Positions 42,009 to 52,402 of a stretch of 64,000 bases of DNA are shown here, piece after piece. A model generated the notes under the pieces. It saw only the letters and a program-made list of their open reading frames with translations, made no database searches and had not been told where the DNA came from. Position 1 is the stretch's first letter; every line of letters starts with the position of its first letter. The position numbers and the translations under genes are program-made. Source of the DNA: an uncultured Gemmatimonadales bacterium (lineage in GTDB: Bacteria > Gemmatimonadota > Gemmatimonadetes > Gemmatimonadales > GWC2-71-9); assembly GCA_963771275.1 (NCBI GenBank), contig CAVYSW010000003.1:1120001-1184000 (forward strand), in the 5' to 3' direction.

Positions 42009-43369
42009 CGGCGGCGACGCCCGAGCGGACGGCAGCAGGCCCGGCCGCCCCGTATGTCGCGGCCTACCGGGCCTTCGCCGGCAACGGCGCGGCCGGCGCG
42101 CCGATGTGGCTGCGCGAGCTCCGCGAGGCGGGGATCGCCCGGTTCGCTGCAGTGGGGTTCCCATCCACCAAGGATGAGCGGTGGCGATTCACCAGCGTCG
42201 AGCCCATCACCCGGAGCCCGTTCATGCTGGCCGCCCCTGGGGTGCCGGCCGGCGCCCGCGAGGTGGTCGCGGCGCTCGCACTCGGCGAGCCTGATGCACG
42301 GCTCGTCGCCGTCTACGTGAACGGCCGGTTCGCGCCAGCGCTTTCGTCTGTCGGTGCCGTGCCGAAGGGTGTGGTCATCGGCGGCCTGGCTGACGCCTTG
42401 GAACGCCAGCCGGAGATTGTCCGGCAGCACCTTGGCCGGCACGCCGCAGTCGAAGGGAATCCCTTCACCGCCCTGAACGCGGGATTCATCGCGGACGGGG
42501 CCTTCGTGCATGTGCGGCGGAACGTGGTGCTCGAGCAGCCGATCCAGTTGATCTTCGTTTCCGCCGCCGGCAGGACGGCGGCCGTGACGCACCCGCGCAA
42601 CCTGATCGTCGTGGAGGAGAACGCCCAGGCGTCCGTGGTCGAGGAGTATCTGGGCACCGGCAGCCGGCCGTACTGGACGAACGTGGTGACCGAGCTCGTG
42701 GTCGGTGACGAGGCCGTCGTGAACACCTATCGCATTCAGCGCGAACGGGAAGACGCGTTCCACACGGCCACGACGCAGTCGAGGCAGGGGCGGGGGTCTG
42801 TGCTCACCTCCGTGACCCTGGCGTTCGGCGCGCGGCTGTCGCGCCACGACATCAACGCCACGCTGGACGGCGAAGGCGCCGAGTGCACGCTCAACGGGCT
42901 CTCGATCCTGCGGGGCGAGCAGCACGTGGATCACCACACCACGCTCGAGCACGCCAAGCCGCATTGCCCGAGCTGGGAGGTGTTCAACGGCGTGTTCGAC
43001 GACCGGTCCCGCGGTGTGTTCAGCGGGCGGATCATCGTCCGTCCGGGCGCCCAGCTCACCGACTCCAAGCAGACCAACAACAACCTGCTGCTGTCCGAGG
43101 AAGCGCGGGCCGACAGCCAGCCGCAGCTCGAGATCTATGCCGACGACGTGAAGTGCACGCACGGTGCCACGCTCGGCCCGATCGACCCGAACGCGATGTT
43201 TTACTTGCGGAGCCGCGGACTGGATGTCGAGGTCGCGCGCAACCTGCTCACCTACGGCTTTGGCGCGGAGATCCTGAACTCCGTGGCCGATGAAGGGCTG
43301 CGCGCGCAGCTGGACGGCGTGCTGCAGCGGCGCCTGGAGGAGAGCCTGCAGCGGAGGATCCGGCGGTGA
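42005..43369 (+). CDS. sufD: Fe-S cluster assembly protein SufD
   Basis: ERWRFT, FTALN, PQLEIYADDVKCTHGAT, FYLRSRG. Confidence 0.95.
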   Translation: MTAATPERTAAGPAAPYVAAYRAFAGNGAAGAPMWLRELREAGIARFAAVGFPSTKDERWRFTSVEPITRSPFMLAAPGVPAGAREVVAALALGEPDARLVAVYVNGRFAPALSSVGAVPKGVVIGGLADALERQPEIVRQHLGRHAAVEGNPFTALNAGFIADGAFVHVRRNVVLEQPIQLIFVSAAGRTAAVTHPRNLIVVEENAQASVVEEYLGTGSRPYWTNVVTELVVGDEAVVNTYRIQREREDAFHTATTQSRQGRGSVLTSVTLAFGARLSRHDINATLDGEGAECTLNGLSILRGEQHVDHHTTLEHAKPHCPSWEVFNGVFDDRSRGVFSGRIIVRPGAQLTDSKQTNNNLLLSEEARADSQPQLEIYADDVKCTHGATLGPIDPNAMFYLRSRGLDVEVARNLLTYGFGAEILNSVADEGLRAQLDGVLQRRLEESLQRRIRR

Positions 43370-44634
43370 AGCCGGCGGCGGTGGCGGAGCGGGCTCCCAC
43401 GGGGACCGTGCACCCTCCGTTCGACGTCGAGCGCGTCCGCGCCGATTTCCCGCTCCTGGGCCGCTCGATGCGCGGGAAGGCGCTCAGCTACCTCGACAAC
43501 GCCGCCACCAGCCAGAAGCCGCGCCACGTGATCGACGCGATTCACCGCTACTACGAGGTGATGAACGCGAACGTCCATCGTGGGGTGTACCAGCTGAGCG
43601 AGGAGGCGACGTCGGCCTACGAGTGGGGCCGCGCCATGGTGGCGCAGTACCTCAATGCCCCGTCGCCGGCGGAGATCGTCTTCGTCCGCGGCGCCACGGA
43701 AGGCGTGAATCTGGTGGCCGCGACGTTCGGACGGCGGCACTTCGGGCCCGGCGACGAAGTCCTGATCTCCGGGATGGAGCACCACTCGAACCTCGTGCCG
43801 TGGCAGATGGTCTGCGAGGAGCGCGGGGCCCGACTGCGGGTGATCCCGATGAACCAGCGGGGGGAGCTGGTGCTGGAGCCGCTGCCGGCGCTGCTCACGC
43901 CGCGCACGAAGCTGGTGGCGGTCGTACACGTTTCCAATTCGCTCGGCACGATCAACCCGGTCGAGGAGATCATCGCCCAGGCCCACGCCAGGGGCATTCC
44001 GGTGCTGCTCGACGGGGCCCAGGCGGCCCCGCACGGACCGGTCGACGTCCAGGCCCTGGACTGCGACTTCTACGTCGTCTCGGGTCACAAGATGTTCGGG
44101 CCCACCGGCGTCGGGGCCCTGTTCGGCAAGCGGGCGCTGCTGGAGGCGATGCCGCCGTATCAGGGCGGCGGCGAGATGATCCGGTCGGTCACGTTCGAGA
44201 AGACGATCTACGCACCGCTCCCGATGAAGTTTGAGGCGGGCACGCCCAACATCGAGGGCGGCGTCGGCCTGGGGGCGGCCGTGAGCTATCTGCAGCAGCT
44301 CGACTGGTCCGGGGTGGCCACGCACGAGGCCGACCTGCTGACCTACGCCACGGAGCGCCTGGCGGAGATCCCCGGGATTCGACTGATCGGCACGGCGGCC
44401 CGGAAGGTGGCCGTGGTGTCGTTCACCCTCGAGGGTGCCCACCCGCACGACATCGGCACGATCCTGGACCAGGAGGGGGTCGCCATCCGCACGGGCCACC
44501 ACTGCACGCAGCCGGTCATGGACTTCTTCGGCGTGCCGGCGACCGCCCGCGCCTCGTTCGCGTTCTACAACACGCGTGCCGACGTCGACCGGCTCGTCGC
44601 CGGCGTCTGGCAGGTTCGGGAGTTGTTTCGCTGA
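43366..44634 (+). CDS. sufS: Cysteine desulfurase SufS
   Basis: YLDNAATSQKP, MEHHSNLVPWQ, SGHKMFGPTG, RTGHHCTQP. Confidence 0.96.
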   Translation: MKPAAVAERAPTGTVHPPFDVERVRADFPLLGRSMRGKALSYLDNAATSQKPRHVIDAIHRYYEVMNANVHRGVYQLSEEATSAYEWGRAMVAQYLNAPSPAEIVFVRGATEGVNLVAATFGRRHFGPGDEVLISGMEHHSNLVPWQMVCEERGARLRVIPMNQRGELVLEPLPALLTPRTKLVAVVHVSNSLGTINPVEEIIAQAHARGIPVLLDGAQAAPHGPVDVQALDCDFYVVSGHKMFGPTGVGALFGKRALLEAMPPYQGGGEMIRSVTFEKTIYAPLPMKFEAGTPNIEGGVGLGAAVSYLQQLDWSGVATHEADLLTYATERLAEIPGIRLIGTAARKVAVVSFTLEGAHPHDIGTILDQEGVAIRTGHHCTQPVMDFFGVPATARASFAFYNTRADVDRLVAGVWQVRELFR

Positions 44635-45083
44635 TGTCCGAGCTGCAGGATCTCTACCAGCAGGTCATCCTCGAGCACAATCGCTCGCCGCGCAACTTCC
44701 GGCAGGTGCCGGACGCCAACCGCCATGCCCATGGCGACAATCCGCTCTGCGGGGACAAGATCCAGCTCTGGGCCAAGGTGACCGGCGACGTGATCGAGGA
44801 CGTGGGCTTTCTCGGAAGCGGATGCGCCATCTCGACGGCGTCGGCGTCGGTGATGACGACCGTCGTGAAAGGGAAGACCGTCACCGAGGCGGAGCGGCTG
44901 TTCGCCGCGTTCCGCGCCATGCTCACCGGCGAGTCGGAGCGCGACCGGCAGGTCCTCGGCACCAAGCTCGCCGCCTTCGCGGGGGTGAAGGAATTCCCGG
45001 CGCGCGTGAAGTGTGCCAACCTTCCCTGGCACACGCTGCACGCGGCGCTGCAGGGCGACCCGTCTGGCGCCAGCACCGAGTAG
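44634..45083 (+). CDS. sufU: SUF system NifU-family sulfur-transfer protein SufU
   Basis: LYQQVILEH, NPLCGD, GCAISTAS, FPARVKCA. Confidence 0.95.
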   Translation: MSELQDLYQQVILEHNRSPRNFRQVPDANRHAHGDNPLCGDKIQLWAKVTGDVIEDVGFLGSGCAISTASASVMTTVVKGKTVTEAERLFAAFRAMLTGESERDRQVLGTKLAAFAGVKEFPARVKCANLPWHTLHAALQGDPSGASTE

Positions 45084-45134
45084 GGGCGATTCGCGGCGCC
45101 CTTCCGGGAACGCCGCTGCTATCTTGCCAGTATC

Positions 45135-45791
45135 ATGAGCATGTCACGAGACGGCAGATCCTCGGGTCGCGTCCCCCGGGCTGGCCCCGCATGGCTCGCT
45201 GCCCTCATACTGGCCGTGAGCGCGTCCCTGGCAGGGGCCCAGCAGGCCCCGCCACCGGATTCCATCCGGCCGGAAGGCGTGCAGCGCGCGTCGGCCACCG
45301 TGGACTCGGTCTTCGTGGACCGGCAGATCGTGGAGGGATACGTCGGAGCCGGGGACTGGGCGTCGTACCTCATGGCTCGACTCGGCATCTTCCCGATCCC
45401 GCGCGACGTGAAGATCGAAGTGGCGAGCGACACCAGCCGGATCGCGCTGCGTACGCGGGTGGGCGACCTGCCGCCGCAGGCACGGCAGGCGCTCGGGCCG
45501 CTGCTGGGGCTGTTCCCCGCGGAAACGGAGGTCGGCGGGGACATCAGCTTGGAGAGGGTGGCGCGCGAGGTAGTCCACTTCCGCCTCGAGACCGTGCGCG
45601 TGAACGGGGTCCCGCTGCCCGACCTGCTCGTCCAGAGCGTGCTGCTCGACGTGGGCCGCCAGTACCCCGCCCTGACGAGATCCGGGCGCGACCTGTTCGT
45701 GGAGATCCCGCGCGACGCGAGCGTCCAGCTCGCCGTCGGACGGGTGCACCTGGTCGGGCCACCCGCCGATTCCCGGCGACCCGGTCGCTGA
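45135..45791 (+). CDS. Hypothetical secreted protein
   Basis: Signal peptide ending LAGA-QQ; fills the gap between sufU and tnaA. Confidence 0.7.
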   Translation: MSMSRDGRSSGRVPRAGPAWLAALILAVSASLAGAQQAPPPDSIRPEGVQRASATVDSVFVDRQIVEGYVGAGDWASYLMARLGIFPIPRDVKIEVASDTSRIALRTRVGDLPPQARQALGPLLGLFPAETEVGGDISLERVAREVVHFRLETVRVNGVPLPDLLVQSVLLDVGRQYPALTRSGRDLFVEIPRDASVQLAVGRVHLVGPPADSRRPGR

Positions 45792-45842
45792 GCGTTCGTT
45801 CCCTGGCCCGCGCGGTGAGCCGCGGCTAACTTCGCGGGCGAC

Positions 45843-47201
45843 ATGAAGACCATCATCGAGCCGTTCCGGATCAAGTCGGTCGAGCCGCTGCGCGTAACCA
45901 CCCACGACGAGCGGGAGCGCATCCTGCGCGATGCGCACTTCAACGTCTTCAACATTCGCGGCCGCGACGTGCTGATCGACCTGCTCACTGACAGTGGCAC
46001 GGGCGCGATGAGCAGCCTGCAGTGGTCGGCGATGATGCGCGGCGACGAGTCATACGCCGGCGCGGAGAGCTTCTTCCGGTTCCGTGACGTGGTACGAGCC
46101 CTGACGGGGTTCGAGCACATTCTGCCGACCCACCAAGGGCGCGCCGCCGAGCGGATCCTGTTCGAGCTGGTCGGCGGGCCGGACAAGGTAGTGCCGAACA
46201 ACAATCACTTCGACACCACGCGCGCCAACGTCGAGCACTCGGGTGCCGAGGCGATCGATCTGCCGATTCCGGAAGCGGCCCATCCCACGACGCGCCATCC
46301 GTTCAAGGGCAACATGGATGTTGCCAAGCTCGAGGACCTCATCGCGCGCGTGGGACGCGATCGCATTCCCCTCGTGATGGTCACGGTCACGAACAACTCC
46401 GCCGGCGGGCAGCCGGTCAGCCTCGAGAACCTCCGGGCCGTGCGGCGGGTGTGCGACCATCACGGCCTGCCGCTGTTCCTCGACGCCTGCCGGTTTGCGG
46501 AGAACGCGTTCTTTATCAAGCGCCGGGAGCCGGGCCAGCAGCAGCGCGCCGTCAAGGACATCGTCCGGGAGATGTTCGGCCTCGCGGACGGCGCCACGAT
46601 CAGCGCGAAGAAGGACGGCCTGGTCAACATCGGGGGGGTGCTGCTGATCCGCGACGAGGCCCTCGCTCAGCGCGCGGACGCGCTCCTCATCCTCACCGAG
46701 GGGTTCGTCACCTACGGCGGGCTCGCGGGGCGCGACCTCGAGGCGATGGCCCAGGGCTTCGAGGAGGTCACCGACGAGGACTACCTCGCCTACCGGATTC
46801 GGTCGACCGAGTACCTTGGCGAGAAGCTGCTGCAGATCGGCTACCAGATCGTCGAGCCGCCCGGCGGCCACGCCATCTACGTGGACGCCGGCCAGCTCTG
46901 CCCGCACATCCAACCCGAGCAGTTTCCCGGACAGGCGCTGGTGTGTGCCCTCTATCGGGAAGCCGGTATTCGCACCGTCGAGGTGGGGAGCGTCATGTTC
47001 GGCGGCAAGGGTCACCGACCGGCGCTGGAGCTGGTGCGCCTCGCTATTCCACGCCGCGTCTACACGCAGAGCCACATCGACTACGTCGCGGAAGCGGCGG
47101 CGCAGGTCTTCGCGCGGCGCGCCGCGCTCAAGGGCCTGCGCATGACGTTCGAGCCGCCGTACCTCCGCCACTTCACGGCCCGGTTCGCGGAGGTGGGTTG
47201 A
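45843..47201 (+). CDS. tnaA: Tryptophanase (beta-eliminating lyase)
   Basis: EPFRIKSVE, DLLTDSGT, SAKKDG (PLP Lys); HFDTT and LRHFTARF favour tryptophanase over tyrosine phenol-lyase (FTTT / LRFFTARF). Confidence 0.88.
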   Translation: MKTIIEPFRIKSVEPLRVTTHDERERILRDAHFNVFNIRGRDVLIDLLTDSGTGAMSSLQWSAMMRGDESYAGAESFFRFRDVVRALTGFEHILPTHQGRAAERILFELVGGPDKVVPNNNHFDTTRANVEHSGAEAIDLPIPEAAHPTTRHPFKGNMDVAKLEDLIARVGRDRIPLVMVTVTNNSAGGQPVSLENLRAVRRVCDHHGLPLFLDACRFAENAFFIKRREPGQQQRAVKDIVREMFGLADGATISAKKDGLVNIGGVLLIRDEALAQRADALLILTEGFVTYGGLAGRDLEAMAQGFEEVTDEDYLAYRIRSTEYLGEKLLQIGYQIVEPPGGHAIYVDAGQLCPHIQPEQFPGQALVCALYREAGIRTVEVGSVMFGGKGHRPALELVRLAIPRRVYTQSHIDYVAEAAAQVFARRAALKGLRMTFEPPYLRHFTARFAEVG

Positions 47202-47208
47202 GCGACCG

Positions 47209-47472
47209 ATGGCGACGCTGATCGAGCACGCAACCCATGTGGCCGCCGCGGGCAACAGGCCCAAGAGCATCGAGGAGTTCGTCGGGCGCGCCAACAGCGG
47301 GACGACGGGGGTGAGCATCGCCCGGATGCGCAGCCCGGCGGGATGGCAGGAGCCGGGACCGCGATCGGAATTCGACGAGTACACGCTCGTGCTCGAGGGC
47401 GTGCTTCGGGTCGAGACGGAGGCGGTCTGTCTCCCGGCGTTCTCGCCGGACCCTGTGCACCGCGATCCGTGA
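47209..47472 (+). CDS. Cupin-like protein, apparently internally shortened
   Basis: AAGNRPKSIEEFVGRANS, MRSPAGWQEP..EFDEYTLVLEG, AVCLPAFSP..VHRD. Confidence 0.65.
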   Translation: MATLIEHATHVAAAGNRPKSIEEFVGRANSGTTGVSIARMRSPAGWQEPGPRSEFDEYTLVLEGVLRVETEAVCLPAFSPDPVHRDP

Positions 47473-47476
47473 GCCG

Positions 47477-48043
47477 ATGGATCCGGGTCGCGCGTTCCTC
47501 GAGGAAGCACGGCGGTATCTCGGCGTCGAGTACCCGACCAAGATCCGCGCGTGTCTCGCACGCCTGTCGAACGACGACATCTGGTGGCGCCCGAACGAGG
47601 CATCCAACAGCGTCGGGAACCTGCTGCTACACCTGTGCGGCAACATCCGGCAGTGGATCGTGAGCGGCGTAGGTGGCGTGCCGGACGCGCGGCAGCGCCA
47701 GGAGGAATTCGACGAGCGCGGACCCGTTGCCCGGGCCGAGCTGCTGGCGCGGTTCGATGCGACGATCGCCGACGCGGCCCGCGTGCTGACCTCGCTCGGA
47801 GCCGCCGATCTGGCCGCCCCGCGGCGCATCCAGGGGCGGGACACGACGGTGCTCCTGGCGGTGTTCCACGTGGTCGAGCACTTCGCGATGCACACGGGCC
47901 AGATCACGTATCTCACGAAGCAGCGGAGCGGCCAGGACCTCGGCTTCTATCGCGACGCCGGCGGGCTGGCCATCCCCGCCTGGCAGGAACCCCCGCCGCA
48001 CGACCCGACCGGCGGGAGTGGTAATCGCGCGCGATCACGATAG
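47477..48043 (+). CDS. DinB/DUF1572-family protein
   Basis: WWRPNEASNSVGNLLLHLCGNIRQW, EHFAMHTGQI. Confidence 0.85.
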   Translation: MDPGRAFLEEARRYLGVEYPTKIRACLARLSNDDIWWRPNEASNSVGNLLLHLCGNIRQWIVSGVGGVPDARQRQEEFDERGPVARAELLARFDATIADAARVLTSLGAADLAAPRRIQGRDTTVLLAVFHVVEHFAMHTGQITYLTKQRSGQDLGFYRDAGGLAIPAWQEPPPHDPTGGSGNRARSR

Positions 48044-48126
48044 ACTTCGAGACCGGTTCCAGGACCCAGCGTTCCCTGCCGCCGGCTGGCGTCGTCAGCC
48101 ACGCATCCGCATGCCGAGGGTGATCC

Positions 48127-49089
48127 ATGTTGAACGAGGCGATCGTTGAAGTACAGGCAGTGACCAAGCGGTTTGCCGGTCACACCGCGGTGCGCGGCTT
48201 GTCGCTCACCATCCCGCGGGGGGCCATCTACGGCCTGCTCGGCCCGAACGGGGCGGGAAAGACCACGACGATCCGGATGATCATGAGCATCATCCTCCCG
48301 GACGAGGGACGGATCGCGTTGTTCGGAGGCCGCGGCAGCGGGAAGGACCTGAGCCACCGGATCGGTTACCTGCCCGAAGAGCGTGGGCTCTACAAGAAGA
48401 TGCGGGTGCTCGACCTGCTGGTCTTCCTGGCCGAGATCAAGGGGGTGCCCCGGTCCCAGGCGCGGGCGAATGCGGTGGACTGGCTGGGCCGGATGGGCCT
48501 GGCCGATTGGGCAGCCAAGAAGGCCGATGATCTCTCCAAGGGCATGCAGCAGAAGGTCCAGTTCATCGGCACCGTCCTGCACAAGCCGACCCTGCTGATT
48601 CTCGATGAGCCGTTCGCCGGGCTCGATCCGGTGAACGCGCAGGTCATGAAAGACACCGTGGTGGATCTGGCGCGTGCCGGAAGCACGGTGCTGTTCTCGA
48701 CGCACATCATGGAGCAGGCTGAAAAGCTCTGTGACGCGGTCTGCATCATCGCGCGCGGCGAGAAGGTCGTGGACGGTCCGCTGGCTGAGGTGAAGCGTCG
48801 GCACGGAGGGTCCCACCTCATTGTCGCGGTCGAGCGCGGCGGCCCCGCGGTGCAACGGGTGTTCGAGGACCGCTCGCTGGTTGCCAAGGCGGACGACTAC
48901 GGGAACTATGCGGAGCTCGAGTTGGCATCGGGCGCCGACCCCCAGCGACTGTTGCGGGAGCTGGTCCGTGTTGAGGCCTCCGTGACGCGCTTCGAGATCG
49001 CGGAGCCCACGCTCCACAAGATCTTCATCGATTTGGTGGGTCCCGAGGCGGCGGCGCCGCACGCGGTCGAGGAGAAGGTCCATGCGTAA
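48127..49089 (+). CDS. ABC transporter ATP-binding protein (NatA-like)
   Basis: GPNGAGKTT, GYLPEERGLY, LSKGMQQK, LDEPFAGLDPVN. Confidence 0.93.
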   Translation: MLNEAIVEVQAVTKRFAGHTAVRGLSLTIPRGAIYGLLGPNGAGKTTTIRMIMSIILPDEGRIALFGGRGSGKDLSHRIGYLPEERGLYKKMRVLDLLVFLAEIKGVPRSQARANAVDWLGRMGLADWAAKKADDLSKGMQQKVQFIGTVLHKPTLLILDEPFAGLDPVNAQVMKDTVVDLARAGSTVLFSTHIMEQAEKLCDAVCIIARGEKVVDGPLAEVKRRHGGSHLIVAVERGGPAVQRVFEDRSLVAKADDYGNYAELELASGADPQRLLRELVRVEASVTRFEIAEPTLHKIFIDLVGPEAAAPHAVEEKVHA

Positions 49090-50359
49090 GATCTGGGTGG
49101 TCATCCGGCGGGAGTTCATCGAGCGGGTTCGCACCAAGTGGTTCATCATCGGGACAGTGCTGGGCCCGGTGCTCATGTTCGGCGTCATCGCCCTGCCGAT
49201 CCTGATGGCGGAGAAGGGTGCGCGGGTCCGCAAGGTCGTCGTGGTGGACGCCACGACCACCGGCTTCGGTGATCGGCTGAGCGGGATGCTGGGCCAGAGT
49301 GGCTCCGTCGAGGCCACGCGACTGCTGGTCGACGCTGCCGATCTCGAGCGCGCCGCGGATTCGCTGGCCGGGCAGGTGGGACAGGGGCTGGACGGCATCC
49401 TGCTCGTGTCGGACGCGGTCGTGGACGATGGGCGGGCGGAGTACCGTGGGTCGAACGTCACGTCGCCGGCCGACATGCGCATCCTGCAGGTCACCCTGCG
49501 TGGGGCGGTGTTCAGTGAGCGGCTGCGCCGCGAAGGCGTGGAGCCCGGCGTCGTCTCCCGGGCCCAGATCCCGGTCGACCTCGCGACGGTGAATATCCGG
49601 CACGGCAAGGTGACGGGGGAATCCGGGCAGGCGTCCTTCTTCCTGGCGTACGTGATGTGGTTCCTGCTGTACATGGCGATCCTGCTGTACGGCGTTCAGG
49701 TAATGGGCTCGGTGGTCGAGGAGAAGACGTCGCGGGTGGTGGAGGTGCTGGTCTCGAGCCTCAAGCCGTTCCACCTGCTCGCCGGCAAGGTGATTGGGGT
49801 GGGGGCCGTCGGCCTGCTACAGATGGGGATCTGGGTGGGGTTCGGAAAGCTGGCGCTGGACCGACGCGCCGAGCTGGCGGGGCTCTTGGGACAGGGGAGT
49901 GAGGCTACGGCCGCGCTGTCCGGTATGCCGTTCCCGGAGGTCCCCCTCGCGACGGTCGTGATCTTCCTGTCGTACTTCCTGCTTGGCTTCTTCCTCTATG
50001 CGGCGATGTTCGCCGCCGTGGCCGCCATGGTCAACAGCGAGTCCGAGGCGCGGCAGGCCCAGACGCCCGTCGTCATGCTGCTCGTGATTCCCACCGTCAT
50101 GATGATCGGGATTCTGAACAACCCGGACGGCTCAATGGCCCTGGCGCTCTCGATGATCCCGTTCACATCCCCCATCGCGATGCCCGTGCGTTGGGCGGCG
50201 GCGGGCGTTCCCGGGGTGCAGGTGCTCGGATCCGTCGCCATTCTGGCGGCGACGGTTCTCGCGATCACGTGGGTCGCGGCCCGGGTCTACCGGGTGGGCA
50301 TCCTGATGTATGGCAAGAAGCCGGGGATCCGTGAGCTCGTGAGGTGGGTCCGCGGGTAG
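49082..50359 (+). CDS. ABC-2 type permease (NatB-like)
   Basis: RREFIERVR, VVEEKTSRVVEVLVSS, LAGKVIG, IPFTSPIAMP, YRVGILMYGK. Confidence 0.9.
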   Translation: MRKIWVVIRREFIERVRTKWFIIGTVLGPVLMFGVIALPILMAEKGARVRKVVVVDATTTGFGDRLSGMLGQSGSVEATRLLVDAADLERAADSLAGQVGQGLDGILLVSDAVVDDGRAEYRGSNVTSPADMRILQVTLRGAVFSERLRREGVEPGVVSRAQIPVDLATVNIRHGKVTGESGQASFFLAYVMWFLLYMAILLYGVQVMGSVVEEKTSRVVEVLVSSLKPFHLLAGKVIGVGAVGLLQMGIWVGFGKLALDRRAELAGLLGQGSEATAALSGMPFPEVPLATVVIFLSYFLLGFFLYAAMFAAVAAMVNSESEARQAQTPVVMLLVIPTVMMIGILNNPDGSMALALSMIPFTSPIAMPVRWAAAGVPGVQVLGSVAILAATVLAITWVAARVYRVGILMYGKKPGIRELVRWVRG

Positions 50360-50464
50360 CCGCCCGGTTCAGGTGGCGACCCGCCGCCCACCCGGAGGTT
50401 CGCCGTGGGTGCCTGGGGTTGCGCGCGGCCCAGCCCGCACGCGTTCTGCTACATTCCAGCCTCC

Positions 50465-52336
50465 ATGTCCTCGTACGACCTGATCGTGATCGGCGGCGGC
50501 CACGCGGGGTGTGAAGCCGCCACGGCGGCGGCGCGTCTCGGGGCCCACGTGCTGCTGCTCACGTCCAACCTCGAGACGATCGGCCAGATGTCGTGTAACC
50601 CGGCGATTGGCGGAATCGCCAAGGGGACCGTGGCGCGCGAGGTGGATGCGCTGGGGGGCGTCATGGGCCGGGCGGCGGATCAGGCCGCGATCCAGTTCCG
50701 GATGCTCAACCGATCGAAGGGCCCGGCGGTATGGGCGCCGCGCGCTCAGTGCGACCGCGCCCTGTACCGCGCCGCGGTGCGCCGTGAGCTGGAACGCCAT
50801 CCCACGCTGGAGTTGTACCAGGCGACGGCTGCGGCGCTGCTGCTCGACGGCGAACGCGTCGTCGGCGTGCGGACGACGATGGGGGCGGAAATCCGAACCC
50901 GGGCCGTCGTGCTGACGGCCGGGACGTTCCTCCGGGGTCGCATCCACGTCGGCATCGCAACGCGGGTCTCGGCCGGCCGGGCGGGAGACCCGGCGGCGCT
51001 CGATTTGGCCGAGCAGCTCGAAGCACTGGGCCTCACCGTCGAGCGCTTCAAGACCGGTACGCCGCCGCGCGTGGATGGGCGATCGGTGGAGCTCGATCGG
51101 CTCGAGCGTCAGGATGGGGAGCCCGACGGGTTCCGGTTCTCCCACTTCGTGTCCCATCCGAGACCAGAGCGCCGGCCATGCTGGATCACGTGGGCGGGCG
51201 CTGAGGTGAAGGAGATCATCCGACAGCACCTTCACGAGTCGGCGCTCTACGGCGGCGCAATCGCGGGTCGTGGCCCGCGCTACTGCCCTTCTGTCGAGGA
51301 CAAGATCGTCAAATTCCCCGACGCGGAGCGCCATCAGATCTTCCTTGAGCCCGAGGGACTCTACACGACCGAGCTGTACGTGAATGGGCTGTCCACCTCC
51401 CTGCCGGCGGAGGTCCAGCAGCAGTTCCTCCACGCCGTCCCGGGGCTGGAGCGCGCGCGCATGACGCGCGCGGGCTATGCGATCGAGTACGACTACTACC
51501 CGCCGCAGCAGCTCACACCGTGGCTCGAGACCAAGGCCATCGAGTACCTGTTCTTCGCCGGACAGATCAACGGCACGACCGGTTACGAGGAAGCCGCGGG
51601 CCAGGGAGTGATGGCCGGGATCAACGCGGTGCGGCGGGCCCGCGGCGACGAGCCGGTTACCCTGGGGCGCGAGGCCGCCTACGTCGGCGTGTTGATCGAC
51701 GATCTGGTAACCCGGGGCGTCGACGAGCCCTACCGACTGTTCACGTCACGGGCGGAGTTTCGGCTCATGCTGCGGCAGGACAACGCGCTGAAGCGGTTGG
51801 GGCCGCTAGCCGTCGAGATCGGGCTGCTGAGCGAGCGGGAGCGGGCTGAGCTGGATCGTCGCGTCGAGCAGGAGACTCTGCTGGTGGACCTCGCGCATAC
51901 GACGGTGCTCAAGCCGGTGCGCGCGAACGCGCTCCTCGCGGCAGTCGGAGAAACGCCGATCGCGGTGAGCCAGCGCGTGGCAGACCTGGCGCGGCGGCCG
52001 CGCACGTCGCTGCGTGAGTTGCTGAGGGAATCCGACGCGAATCTCCCGGATGTCTCGAACGAGAGCTGGTTGTCTGCCGAGATGGAGATCAAGTACGCGG
52101 GGTACCTCGAACGGGAGCGCGAGGCAGCAGGCCGCCTCGCTGAACTGACCGGGTTCCGACTGCCGCATGACACGCCGTACCACGACCTCCGTAGCCTGAG
52201 CACTGAAGCGCGACAAAAGCTCGACCGAGTACGCCCCGAGTCGCTGGCACAGGCAGCGCGCATCCCTGGCGTGAGCCCGAGCGACCTGCAGAACCTCGTC
52301 TTTGAAGTCATCAAGCGGCGTTCTGTTGTAGCGTGA
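50465..52336 (+). CDS. mnmG: tRNA uridine-5-carboxymethylaminomethyl modification enzyme MnmG (GidA)
   Basis: IGGGHAGCEAA, MSCNPAIGG, RFKTGTPPR, GPRYCPSVEDK, AGQINGTTGYEEAAGQG, EPYRLFTSRAEFRL. Confidence 0.97.
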   Translation: MSSYDLIVIGGGHAGCEAATAAARLGAHVLLLTSNLETIGQMSCNPAIGGIAKGTVAREVDALGGVMGRAADQAAIQFRMLNRSKGPAVWAPRAQCDRALYRAAVRRELERHPTLELYQATAAALLLDGERVVGVRTTMGAEIRTRAVVLTAGTFLRGRIHVGIATRVSAGRAGDPAALDLAEQLEALGLTVERFKTGTPPRVDGRSVELDRLERQDGEPDGFRFSHFVSHPRPERRPCWITWAGAEVKEIIRQHLHESALYGGAIAGRGPRYCPSVEDKIVKFPDAERHQIFLEPEGLYTTELYVNGLSTSLPAEVQQQFLHAVPGLERARMTRAGYAIEYDYYPPQQLTPWLETKAIEYLFFAGQINGTTGYEEAAGQGVMAGINAVRRARGDEPVTLGREAAYVGVLIDDLVTRGVDEPYRLFTSRAEFRLMLRQDNALKRLGPLAVEIGLLSERERAELDRRVEQETLLVDLAHTTVLKPVRANALLAAVGETPIAVSQRVADLARRPRTSLRELLRESDANLPDVSNESWLSAEMEIKYAGYLEREREAAGRLAELTGFRLPHDTPYHDLRSLSTEARQKLDRVRPESLAQAARIPGVSPSDLQNLVFEVIKRRSVVA

Positions 52337-52341
52337 TTGCA

Positions 52342-52366
52342 TAAGATGTTTTGCGGCAATTGTTTA
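52342..52366. repeat. 25-bp AT-rich quasi-palindrome TAA-N4-TT-N7-AA-N4-TTA, copy 1
   Basis: TAAGATGTTTTGCGGCAATTGTTTA flanked by GCA/TGC. Confidence 0.5.
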
Positions 52367-52386
52367 TGCTTGATTCATGTACCGGC

Positions 52387-52402
52387 TGTTTCACGTGAAA
52401 CA
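52387..52402. promoter_or_regulatory. parS: parS site (perfect palindrome)
   Basis: TGTTTCACGTGAAACA matches the canonical parS consensus; upstream of parAB. Confidence 0.93.
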
